In this document: piece after piece, positions 17,276 to 26,491 of the stretch | Layout: the number at the start of each line of letters is the position of its first letter | Numbering within the stretch: the first letter of the stretch is position 1 | Source: a bacterium | GTDB taxonomy: Bacteria > Patescibacteriota > Patescibacteriia > JACQRZ01 | DNA length: 49,122 nucleotides | Direction of reading: 5' to 3' | Assembly: GCA_023246095.1 (NCBI GenBank) | Contig: JAHFJA010000006.1 | Span: 1 to 49,122, forward strand | Notes under the pieces: generated by a model | Seen by the model: only the letters and a program-made list of their open reading frames with translations | Told to the model about the DNA's origin: nothing | Database searches by the model: none | Program-made: the position numbers and the translations under genes

Positions 17276-17968
17276 ATGGGAAATAACAAACTAATTCAAC
17301 TGAAAGATTCTCTTGTGGGCGCATTGTCAAAGCATGGATCCGTTGAGGAGATTGCTCTTTTTGGCTCGCTGGTTAAAGGCGATGTTGATCAGTATTCTGA
17401 TATAGATATGATTGTGGCCATCTCTTCACCGATAAACGGATTAGAGGCATTGGGACACTTTGGAGAGGTACGGTATTATCGATCGTTTAGTAGCGTAAAA
17501 TTTCCTTCAGGACGGTACTGGATGAAGGGTTACTCCGTATTCAATAAAATTGATATAAGTTTTCATACCCTTGATGAGTTTGAGAAAATTGTACTTCATG
17601 GTGATCCTGAAGGATATACAACACCGCCGTTCAATATTGAGTGGAAAGCAAATCGGGTCACCAGTGCAAAGTCCATCTCGACAAACATTGATATGGCGAG
17701 TCCATATATATTTTCCGAAGCAGAGGACAAGATAGGCAAGCTTGTGTATCGTTTGTCTCGTTCGCTTAAGTCTGTATATAGAAACGAATCCCCAGAACAT
17801 GATCCCCATGACGTTTATTCAGAATTGAGCTCATTATGGGCTATTCATTCAAACTCAAAGTGGGTTGGTGGTGCCTTGGATAGTCTTGTGACAGAAATAT
17901 TGTCTTTGGGTTCTGAGAGTGATACTGTAGTGTTACATAATGTGACGCCACTAAACAAATATGAATGA
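17276..17968 (+). CDS. Nucleotidyltransferase-domain protein (Pol-beta/MNT-like)
   Basis: LFGSLVKG..DQYSDID (GS...DxD) motif. Confidence 0.82.
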   Translation: MGNNKLIQLKDSLVGALSKHGSVEEIALFGSLVKGDVDQYSDIDMIVAISSPINGLEALGHFGEVRYYRSFSSVKFPSGRYWMKGYSVFNKIDISFHTLDEFEKIVLHGDPEGYTTPPFNIEWKANRVTSAKSISTNIDMASPYIFSEAEDKIGKLVYRLSRSLKSVYRNESPEHDPHDVYSELSSLWAIHSNSKWVGGALDSLVTEILSLGSESDTVVLHNVTPLNKYE

Positions 17969-18215
17969 AATAAAACGCAAATGGGATTTACTCCCAAAAA
18001 CAAAAAGACAGTCTTGTATTGACGAAATCGTTACTTTCTTCAAACAAAAACGAGACGAGGAAATTGGCATAATTGCAGCGGAAGATATTTTAGATTTTTT
18101 CTTGCAAGATATCGGAACAGACATATATAATAAAGGCATAGAAGATTCAAAAGAACTGCTAAAAAAACAGTTTGAGAATTTGGAAATAGATCTAGATCTT
18201 TTACTGAATAAATAG
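17961..18215 (+). CDS. DUF2164-family small protein
   Basis: FFKQKRDEEIGIIAAEDILDFF...IYNKGIED pattern. Confidence 0.8.
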   Translation: MNEIKRKWDLLPKTKRQSCIDEIVTFFKQKRDEEIGIIAAEDILDFFLQDIGTDIYNKGIEDSKELLKKQFENLEIDLDLLLNK

Positions 18216-18270
18216 TTTTGTTCAGTCATTACGAGAAGACGTACTGGGTGATTTTTCTTAACCACAGAAT

Positions 18271-18687
18271 ATGAAACAAAAAATCAAAAGAGGTGTTGCG
18301 ATTGTTGCAATTTATAATGGCAAGATTGTTTTATTAAAACAAATGCGACCTCCGCACAAAGTACCATTTTTAAATATTGTAATGGGTAGTATTAAAAATA
18401 ATGAAACACCAGAGCAAGCAGCAAAAAGAGAATGTATTGAAGAAATTGGTTTGGTGCCAAAAAAGCTGGTGAAGATTGGCAGAATAATCCAATTACCCGG
18501 AAGTGCAAATATCGAAACGGTTATTTTTTACTCTGAATTTCAGGAAAAGCCAAGTGTTCCTAAAAACATTTCCGAACCCATAATTGGTTTGGGGTTTTAT
18601 TCTGAGGAAGAGATAAAAAAGCTAATTAGCAAAGAAAAGATTATAGAGTCAACAACACTTTTGGCTCTACTATTGATAAAAAAATAA
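18271..18687 (+). CDS. NUDIX hydrolase
   Basis: GSIKNNETPEQAAKRECIEEIG Nudix box. Confidence 0.88.
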   Translation: MKQKIKRGVAIVAIYNGKIVLLKQMRPPHKVPFLNIVMGSIKNNETPEQAAKRECIEEIGLVPKKLVKIGRIIQLPGSANIETVIFYSEFQEKPSVPKNISEPIIGLGFYSEEEIKKLISKEKIIESTTLLALLLIKK

Positions 18688-18709
18688 ATCTGCGAAATTA
18701 AGAAAATCT

Positions 18710-19471
18710 ATGACCTACCAATGGGAAAAAACTGACAACCCTGACAAGATCAGATTTCGAAAAGAATTCGATCTTGATTCTGTTGTAGAAAAAGGGAAAA
18801 GTGAGTTTGAAAAATTACTCTTGTTAAGGTCTTGGGTACACAATATTTTACCTCCTGGCACCCCCTCGAGAGACTATTCTGAATTGGGGGTATTCGAAAT
18901 ACTGAGCGATGCAAAGAAAGGACTTCAGTTTTGGTGCACTCAATATAATCAAGTCTTTGTTCAAAGCGCAGTTGCTTTAGATTTTTATGCAAGAAAACTG
19001 GGAGTCGATTCTAAAGATCCGTCAAAAGACATGCATCACGGAGTTGCTGATATTTGGTCAAACGAATTTCAAAAATGGTATGTTGTAGACACGCAACATA
19101 ACCAACATTATGAAAAGGATGGTGAACCTCTGAATGTGTTGGAAATAAGAAACGAATATCTTAAAGATGGAGGTCAAAAAGTTAAAGGAATAATTGGAAA
19201 CTACGAAAAAGTCCTTGAATATAAGAAGGATTCTACTGGATACGACTCTCCTTCAAATTACTTTTGGTTTTTTATCCCTTTAAGAAATAACTTTTTTGAG
19301 GATCCTCGTATATACCATTCTCAAGCGCTACTCTGGGTAGATGAATTTAATAAAGATATGAAATGGGTGAGGAAGGGTGGAATTGAGGATCATCCTATGT
19401 ATGAATCCCAATTTGTTGAGACGTCTGATATTAATGAATGTTTCCCGGATATGGATAACATGAATAAGTAA
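18710..19471 (+). CDS. Transglutaminase-like (Cys-His-Asp) protein
   Basis: WCTQY, HGVADIWSNEFQKWYVVD. Confidence 0.72.
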   Translation: MTYQWEKTDNPDKIRFRKEFDLDSVVEKGKSEFEKLLLLRSWVHNILPPGTPSRDYSELGVFEILSDAKKGLQFWCTQYNQVFVQSAVALDFYARKLGVDSKDPSKDMHHGVADIWSNEFQKWYVVDTQHNQHYEKDGEPLNVLEIRNEYLKDGGQKVKGIIGNYEKVLEYKKDSTGYDSPSNYFWFFIPLRNNFFEDPRIYHSQALLWVDEFNKDMKWVRKGGIEDHPMYESQFVETSDINECFPDMDNMNK

Positions 19472-19477
19472 CCAAAA

Positions 19478-20128
19478 ATGGCCATGAGCGAACTAGAAAA
19501 ATTTATGCCACCATTTGAACAGTCACAACCAGAAAAAATACTGGCCTCGTTTGATGGAGAGCAGAAGACAGTACAGGATCAAGTCAAACAAGAGATACAA
19601 AACTGCCTTGGTATTGAGCAAAAAGATATTGAGAGAATAGAACTACTAAAGGTTGAAAATCTTCCAGAACACTATCGAGCGCAATTCGAGATTCTTCATG
19701 ACGAGCGGTTGAATGGAGTTACTATCGCAGTAGTACCCGATGAGTTATGGGTCAAAGGAGATCAGCCGTCTGAATCGAGTGCTGATAAACAGCTTATATT
19801 GATCAAGAAAAGCTATTTTGAAACACAAGAAAATCCTGACGAAATTGCTTGGCTATGCCATGAATTAGCGCACTGTCAAAATTTCCTTGATTCCCAGTCA
19901 CCTGAAGAATATCAAGATAACATGCAAAAATTGGCTTTTGAAGACTTGAACACTGGGTTTCCATACCCCAATAATCTCGTTGAAAAGTTCACATTCACCA
20001 GACAGTTTCAATATCTAAAAGAACAAGGTAAAAGTAGGGATGAGGTCCTAGAAATGTTGAGCCATGATTACAAAGAAAAAGACATCCCGTTTTTTAGTCG
20101 GCTGTTGGATGCTGTGTATGGGGAATAA
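19478..20128 (+). CDS. Hypothetical protein with HExxH zincin motif
   Basis: LCHELAHCQ, later NLVE. Start could be the ATG at 19505. Confidence 0.6.
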   Translation: MAMSELEKFMPPFEQSQPEKILASFDGEQKTVQDQVKQEIQNCLGIEQKDIERIELLKVENLPEHYRAQFEILHDERLNGVTIAVVPDELWVKGDQPSESSADKQLILIKKSYFETQENPDEIAWLCHELAHCQNFLDSQSPEEYQDNMQKLAFEDLNTGFPYPNNLVEKFTFTRQFQYLKEQGKSRDEVLEMLSHDYKEKDIPFFSRLLDAVYGE

Positions 20129-20136
20129 ACTCGATA

Positions 20137-20567
20137 TGAAAAAACTAAAATGCAATATTGGTGAATATGGCATCATCGTAAATCAACAAGGAGAATTGTT
20201 AATTTTGAAATTGGCAGCTAGCAAGAAGTACCCAAAGGAGACATGGATGTTACCGGGCGGTCGATTGAATATTGATGACCAACCAGAAGAAGGGCTCCAG
20301 CGTGAAATCAGCGAAGAGACAGGATTAAAGGTGAAAGTTATCAGCCCATGCCACGTTGCGCGATGGGGTTCAGAGAAACCGCCAAAATATGGGGTATTCT
20401 TTCTCTGTAAATTAGTCGGTAAGCAAACAGTGAAAATAAGTAATGAGCATGTTGAAAACAAATGGATACAATTTAGCGACATCGAAAAAATATCTTGGCA
20501 CAATGTGAATAGTAAAATAGCCATCAAAAAATCAAGAACTCTCATGAGTGGGGTTTGTGATGTATAA
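20137..20567 (+). CDS. NUDIX hydrolase
   Basis: WMLPGGRLNIDDQPEEGLQREISEETGL. Confidence 0.9.
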
Positions 20568-20582
20568 TGACCAGTCTTTCAT

Positions 20583-21215
20583 ATGTCAATAAATCTAAAA
20601 ATCGAATTTGGCATAGAGTACGAACTAAAAAGGGTAAACTATACTCTTGCAAAATTAGATTGGTTCGATTCGCAAGGATATAGGACGAGATTACCGGAAG
20701 GAATAACCAAAGAATCTTCGGAAGACGAAATCAAACATCAAATCGCGAATGAATTTGATGAAAAGAAATATAAAAAATTGGCTGATCAAATTGGCGCTGA
20801 TTTTGCGACGGTAAGCACTCAACTATTTAAAACGTTAAGAGAAGTATTTGGACAGGATATTCCCGAAACGTTCTGCGTCTATCTCACCACTTACGGTGTC
20901 GGTGGATCATATAACCTTCCTAATACGGTCATTTTTAACATAAACAACACAAGAGGCTACAAAACAATCATTCACGAAATTATTCATCTGCTTATTGAGA
21001 ACCAAATTATAAAATATAACGTTCAACACTGGGAAAAAGAAAGAATCGTTGATTTGATTTTGAATTCTAAGGAGTTGAGCTTTTTAGAGTATACTGAGTG
21101 GCAGAACAGCTATAATGGTGTTGAAAAATATATAGATGATTTATTCAATAGTTACTTCTTCGAGGATCCGGAAAACTTTTTTTCAAAAATACAACATGCA
21201 CGCATCTTTGCTTAA
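20583..21215 (+). CDS. Hypothetical protein with HExxH motif
   Basis: YGVGGSY, IIHEIIHL, HWEKE. Confidence 0.6.
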   Translation: MSINLKIEFGIEYELKRVNYTLAKLDWFDSQGYRTRLPEGITKESSEDEIKHQIANEFDEKKYKKLADQIGADFATVSTQLFKTLREVFGQDIPETFCVYLTTYGVGGSYNLPNTVIFNINNTRGYKTIIHEIIHLLIENQIIKYNVQHWEKERIVDLILNSKELSFLEYTEWQNSYNGVEKYIDDLFNSYFFEDPENFFSKIQHARIFA

Positions 21216-21218
21216 TCA

Positions 21219-21930
21219 AATGGAACAGGAAATTAACCAAACGTTAAAATCTTTTTTTGGTAAAAATTTAGTTTCATTATTGGTAGAGGGAAGCTATGGT
21301 ACATATGACATTATCGAGGGATACAGTGATTATGATCTTTGTGCTTTGGTGAAAGATGTTAGCAAAACGCCAGACGTCGATTTAGGCGATTTGTCAAAAA
21401 AATATTCCATTGATATCAAATGTTCAGTAAAGTCGTATAAAGATTTCCAAAATAGAGTTAAGAATAGTAACAAATCCTCCAGGTTTATTGATAATCTGTG
21501 GCTTGTCAAAGCAAAAAAGCAGGCGCGGGTCTTGGTCGGGAAAAATGTACTCAACCAAATACCGAGCATAAAGGAACTCATCAAAAGAGATATTGGCTGT
21601 GAACTAAGGGCAGATTATTATTATGCCACAAATCTAAATCCAGAATGGAATATATTTAGGCGAGAACCACAAAAATGGGTTAATTATATCATTAACATGA
21701 GTAATGACCTCTTGTTAAGTAAAGGCGTTATCACAAAAAAGGCAGATATTCCGGCAATGTTAGAAAAGCACTGTCCCGAATTCAAAGGGGTCGCGTACGT
21801 CAAAGAAGCACTTTATTTGCGAAAAACAAAGAAGGTTTTACACTTAACAAAAATAGAGAAAAATCAGCTAAAAAAGACCTTAGGCTTGTTTTTGGAGGAT
21901 TATAAGTTGTATACTTTCGGTGTTAAATGA
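21219..21930 (+). CDS. Nucleotidyltransferase-like protein
   Basis: VEGSYG......YSDYDL (GS...DxD) motif. Confidence 0.7.
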
Positions 21931-21965
21931 TCATACTCAATATGCCAAACCTCACAATTAAATAG

Positions 21966-22754
21966 ATGTCACAAAATACCAACAAACCTATATTGTCCTT
22001 TCCTTACCATGACCCCGCAGGGAAATTTAATGACTACATACGCCAGTCATTACCAAGATTGAAGGAAATTTTCTCGCATATTTGTATTAGTGCAACTCCG
22101 TCAACGTACGAGATAAATAAAGAGTTTGTCGATTTTTTGGAAAAAGAAGGCTGTCTAGTGTACAGAAATGTTGAAAATAGCAGTATAGGCGATCACTACA
22201 GAAACGCACTGCAGTTGGCGGTGGATATCGAGGGTGACAATAAAATATTCTTCAGTTTTATTGACCGGCTAGTATATATTTTAAACACCGATGTGCTGGA
22301 TCAGTTCACAGAAGATATGCAAACGAACTTTATTGACGTAGTTCTATACGAACGAAGCGAAAAAGCTTGGCAGACACACCCTGCGAACTATAGAGAGATA
22401 GAACAAACGGTAAATAAATTGGGGAGTTTTCTCATAGGTGAAGAAGTTGAATTGGGGACATGCGGATTTTCTATATATTCAGATATTGCAAGACAGATTT
22501 TACCGCAATCAATTGCCGATTCCTATTCGGCGGGGACAGAGTGGATTTTACTTATATATCTGTTAGGGATAAAACCAGCAATAATAAAGGTTGATTGGTT
22601 ATCCTGGGAAGACCCGTTCGTTGAGAAAATTTCGCCACAACAGCTCAAAGTCGAGCGGGAACAGGATAGGAATGAATATATCAAGCGTTTGGAAATGAAT
22701 ATTCCGTTCATAAATTTGCTTGTTCAAAAAAGATTTTACGGATTATTGAAATAG
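21966..22754 (+). CDS. Hypothetical protein (possibly GT-A-like fold)
   Basis: 262-aa ORF with PYHDP, GDHYRNAL, FIDRL and LSWEDP. The fold assignment is only a guess. Confidence 0.55.
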   Translation: MSQNTNKPILSFPYHDPAGKFNDYIRQSLPRLKEIFSHICISATPSTYEINKEFVDFLEKEGCLVYRNVENSSIGDHYRNALQLAVDIEGDNKIFFSFIDRLVYILNTDVLDQFTEDMQTNFIDVVLYERSEKAWQTHPANYREIEQTVNKLGSFLIGEEVELGTCGFSIYSDIARQILPQSIADSYSAGTEWILLIYLLGIKPAIIKVDWLSWEDPFVEKISPQQLKVEREQDRNEYIKRLEMNIPFINLLVQKRFYGLLK

Positions 22755-22764
22755 GGGCGGCATC

Positions 22765-22793
22765 TTGACTCAAACAGCTCAAAGTGGTAGCCT
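22765..22793 (+). promoter_or_regulatory. Putative promoter of uppS
   Basis: TTGACT-17 nt-TAGCCT with TGn. Confidence 0.45.
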
Positions 22794-22823
22794 GATCGAA
22801 TCCTATTAGTTTAAATATTACGT

Positions 22824-23516
22824 ATGGAAAACGAAACGCTACCAAAACATATTGGCATAATTATGGACGGAAATCGCCGTTGGGCGAAGAATAACGATCT
22901 CCCTACACTTGAAGGGCATGCAGAAGGGGAAAGAACGTTGTCCGATATTGTTGATCATTGTAAAAAACGAGATATTAAAGTATTGACGGTTTTTGCGTTT
23001 TCTACGGAAAACTGGAAGAGGACTCCCGATGAGGTAAAATACCTGCTCGATTTATTTTCAAAATTAATTCATGATCGAGCGGAGCGATTAATCCAGGAGA
23101 AGGTGAAAGTTCAGTTTATTGGCGATCTCAGCGGATTTTCACCTATACTTCGCAAAGAGATGCTTGATCTTATGGAACAGACAAAAGATCATACAGTCTT
23201 AACGTTCAACCTCGCGGTAAATTATGGAGGTCGCGCAGAGATACTGAATGCAATACGCCGGATCGATGAAGAGGGTATTGATATGAACACCTTGACGGAA
23301 GAAGTTTTCTCAAACTACCTGTACACCGCAGGATTGCCCGATCCTGATCTTGTTATCCGAACGTCAGGAGAACAGCGTCTTTCAAATTTTTTAACATGGC
23401 AGAGCGTCTATAGTGAACTGTATTTTATTGATATTCACTGGCCTGATTTCACACCAGAAGAACTCGACAAAGCAATCGAAGCTTATTCTCTCCGCCAACG
23501 TCGTTTTGGTAAATAA
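22824..23516 (+). CDS. uppS: Undecaprenyl diphosphate synthase
   Basis: IMDGNRRW, FSTENWKR, NYGGR and IRTSGEQRLSNF motifs. Confidence 0.97.
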   Translation: MENETLPKHIGIIMDGNRRWAKNNDLPTLEGHAEGERTLSDIVDHCKKRDIKVLTVFAFSTENWKRTPDEVKYLLDLFSKLIHDRAERLIQEKVKVQFIGDLSGFSPILRKEMLDLMEQTKDHTVLTFNLAVNYGGRAEILNAIRRIDEEGIDMNTLTEEVFSNYLYTAGLPDPDLVIRTSGEQRLSNFLTWQSVYSELYFIDIHWPDFTPEELDKAIEAYSLRQRRFGK

Positions 23517-23517
23517 C

Positions 23518-23796
23518 ATGGAATATCCATATATTCTTTCATTGGGCAAAGAATTAGAAGAGACAGGTACCATATCGTTTACCGCGTCAGTTCATCCAGG
23601 CGCGCGTACAACCAATGTTCAAAACGTATTTGAAAATAATGTTATAAAGATTAATATTGCAAAACCGGCAGATCAAGGAAAAGCCAATAAAGAACTGATA
23701 CGATTTATTGCGGAACACTTTTCTGTTCCTCAGGTCAATGTAGATATCGTAACAGGGGAACACTCGAGATTGAAAGGAATCCGGATAATAAAATAA
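23518..23796 (+). CDS. DUF167/UPF0235 family protein
   Basis: VHPGA, PADQGKANKELIRF and GEHSRLK motifs. Confidence 0.88.
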   Translation: MEYPYILSLGKELEETGTISFTASVHPGARTTNVQNVFENNVIKINIAKPADQGKANKELIRFIAEHFSVPQVNVDIVTGEHSRLKGIRIIK

Positions 23797-23927
23797 AAAA
23801 CGATAATAAGAGGCGGTGAATGCACAGAGAATCAACTTGGGTTACGGATATGTATTTGTTGCCCGACGGGTTGATTTATGGTATGATCCTTGTTGGAGAA
23901 CCTCTTATTTTATAGGAAAAGGTCACG

Positions 23928-26486
23928 ATGAATACGACTTTTTCATATTGGACACGACGGCTTCGCAGCATATATCAGTTATATGGGCGTCGTCTTTTTA
24001 TTGTTGATTTTCTAATCCTGATATCGTGGTTATTCCGATGCATTTCAGAAGGATTGGTTTTAATTATACGATCAGCTGCAGGCACGATTCGTTGGGCAGG
24101 TAATGTACTCTATCGTATAGTTGCCTTTTTTGCGTATGCCGCTACATTTTTTACTCGGACAGTGGGCCGTTCTGCAATGAGAGTGACTGAGGTCTCTTTG
24201 AAAACAACAGAACATGCGACTATCCAAACCGCGCACGTCACAAAAAAGGTTACTTTTGGTGGAGTGAGATTGGGATTGGCTATCATTGACTTTCTCGGGG
24301 AGGGGACAATCAATCTTTTTATCATGATATTCAGGGGCATTAGGTGGGTAATACAAGGTATATGCTATGTTGCTGCATACGCCATACACTTGATATTTAT
24401 TCGACCATTTTTGCTATTAGCGAGTATTTTTTCATATATTACTCGAAGTGTTCTCGGGAGTGCGCATCGCACAGGAGATGACACTATTGGATTTGTGACG
24501 TCTTTTCATCCTATTCATCCTCCACAAGGGTGGCAACGAACATTGATAAGTTTTGTAATTATGTCGATTGTTCTTATTGCCCCATTCACTGCAGTGCAAT
24601 CGCTACGGGCGATGGAGCGCGTGAAAGTGGATACGGTCACTCAAGCAATGAGCGGTGTTGATGCATTTTCGAAAGCGCAAGACGCTTTATTAAATAAGGA
24701 TGTTGGGAGTGCTAGTACCTATTTCAGTGAAAGTTATAGTCGCTTTTTAGAAGCAGAAGGCGCACTTGTTTCTATCCCTCCATTTGTGTTTGACCTTGCA
24801 CAGTATATTCCCGGCATGGGAAAAGAAGCAGCAGAGGGAAGGAAACTTTTAGAAGCAGGTAAAGAGCTCTCTTTGGCGGGTCAATCCCTTACAACGGCAT
24901 TCAATCCACTGGTTCATATTGACGAATTGTCTTCGCGGTCACTTTTGTCGGTTGCTGATACGGTACAGAAATCCCTTTCAGAGTCACTTCCACATCTACA
25001 GATTGCCTCTGATCTTGTCGAGTCAGTTGACCCTTCTTTTTTGCCCGAAAAACAACGCGAGTTATTAGTAAAAGCGCACCACCAGTTGCCCATGGTAGTA
25101 GCAACAGCTCATGACATGTCGGATGCCTTAGTTGTCTTACATAATGCGCTCGGTGCAGATCAAAAAAAACGTTATTTAGTTATCTTGCAAAACAATACTG
25201 AAATACGGCCGACAGGGGGTTTTATCGGGAGTTTTGCTTTGATTGATATCGATCGCGGTGTCATTACTTCTATTGAGGTCCCGCAAGGAGGATCGTATGA
25301 TCTCCAAGGTCAACTTGCTGCACATGTCATATCGCCTGACCCTATTCATTTAGTGAATCCTCAATGGCAATTTCAAGACGCAAATTGGTTTCCTGATTTT
25401 CCAACTTCTGCAAAAAAACTTGAATGGTTTTTTGAAAAGTCAGGTGGTTCCAGTGTTGATGGGGTTATTGCAATAAACGCAAAAATGGGTGCGGACATTT
25501 TAAAGCTCACCGGCCCTATTCCAATGCCGGCGTACAATAAAACAATATCGGCAGATAATTTCTTGTTGGAGATACAAAAAGCAGTGGAAATAGAATATGA
25601 TCGCGTAGAAAATAAGCCCAAAAAACTTATATCCGACCTTGTTCCTGAAGTAATTTCTCGCTTAAGTAATACATCCTCGAAAGACTATGACGCTTTATTA
25701 CAAATGCTTGTGCATTCGTTGAGTGTTAGTGATATACAGGTGTATCTAAATGATGGACCAGATCAGGAACGGCTGAAACATTTGGGCTTAGGAGGACATA
25801 TAAAAACATCTCCTCGTGATTATGCTATGGTAGTGGATTCAAATATTGCAGGCGGCAAAACAGACGGGGTTATACATACAAAAGCGCATGAATTAGTGGT
25901 AGTAAATGATGATGGAACTATTGACGTTACGACACGTCTCTGGAGAGAACACACGGGTGTTAAGGGGGATTTGTTTACGGGTGTTAATAACGTCGATTAT
26001 ATGCGTATGTATGTACCAGAGGGATCAAGATTGATGTCCGCGCAAGGGTTTAATGCTCCCGATCCATCATTATTTAAAAATCCTCCGCTTGACGATAAAC
26101 CAGATCAAGATTTGATGGCGATTCAGGGAGCAGTGGCATATGATCCAGTGGGGATGTATGTGAACAATGAATTTGGGAAAACGGTTTTTGGTAACTGGGT
26201 GCAGACAAAACCTGGACAAACCAGTTTGGTTGAAATAAAATATAGACTTCCTTTTAAGATAAAAGATTTAGTAACCTCAACGGGTGAATACGGATATATG
26301 CTCTTACTACAACGCCAATCAGCTTCTGTGGTTAACGATTATTCTGTCGATGTTGTATTACCTTCATCGTATGACATGACGTGGACTCTCCCCAAAGATA
26401 TGACACTCACCGATAACACGTGGCATTGGACATCTGCGTCTTTTGAGGAAGATGCGGTCATTGCCTTTCAATTTCATAAACGTTAA
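23928..26486 (+). CDS. DUF4012-domain membrane protein
   Basis: YLVILQNNTEIRPTGGFIGS, DANWFPDFPTSA and VDGVIAI motifs. Confidence 0.9.
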   Translation: MNTTFSYWTRRLRSIYQLYGRRLFIVDFLILISWLFRCISEGLVLIIRSAAGTIRWAGNVLYRIVAFFAYAATFFTRTVGRSAMRVTEVSLKTTEHATIQTAHVTKKVTFGGVRLGLAIIDFLGEGTINLFIMIFRGIRWVIQGICYVAAYAIHLIFIRPFLLLASIFSYITRSVLGSAHRTGDDTIGFVTSFHPIHPPQGWQRTLISFVIMSIVLIAPFTAVQSLRAMERVKVDTVTQAMSGVDAFSKAQDALLNKDVGSASTYFSESYSRFLEAEGALVSIPPFVFDLAQYIPGMGKEAAEGRKLLEAGKELSLAGQSLTTAFNPLVHIDELSSRSLLSVADTVQKSLSESLPHLQIASDLVESVDPSFLPEKQRELLVKAHHQLPMVVATAHDMSDALVVLHNALGADQKKRYLVILQNNTEIRPTGGFIGSFALIDIDRGVITSIEVPQGGSYDLQGQLAAHVISPDPIHLVNPQWQFQDANWFPDFPTSAKKLEWFFEKSGGSSVDGVIAINAKMGADILKLTGPIPMPAYNKTISADNFLLEIQKAVEIEYDRVENKPKKLISDLVPEVISRLSNTSSKDYDALLQMLVHSLSVSDIQVYLNDGPDQERLKHLGLGGHIKTSPRDYAMVVDSNIAGGKTDGVIHTKAHELVVVNDDGTIDVTTRLWREHTGVKGDLFTGVNNVDYMRMYVPEGSRLMSAQGFNAPDPSLFKNPPLDDKPDQDLMAIQGAVAYDPVGMYVNNEFGKTVFGNWVQTKPGQTSLVEIKYRLPFKIKDLVTSTGEYGYMLLLQRQSASVVNDYSVDVVLPSSYDMTWTLPKDMTLTDNTWHWTSASFEEDAVIAFQFHKR

Positions 26487-26491
26487 AAATT

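Larger units (their letters stand above)
12604..22754. mobile_element. Integron-like recombinase plus gene-cassette array between rpmG and uppS
   Basis: Divergent recombinase, 14 co-oriented accessory ORFs, repeated TAAC...GTTA hairpin sites and gene-enclosing inverted repeats in 13497-17274. Confidence 0.8.

Noticed and set aside
12235-22760. Prophage or ICE integrated at a tRNA
   Set aside because: No phage or conjugation genes and no duplicated tRNA 3' end seen. rpmG separates the tRNAs from the recombinase, and the GGGCGG near 22755 is only a 6-bp match to the tRNA-Tyr start.
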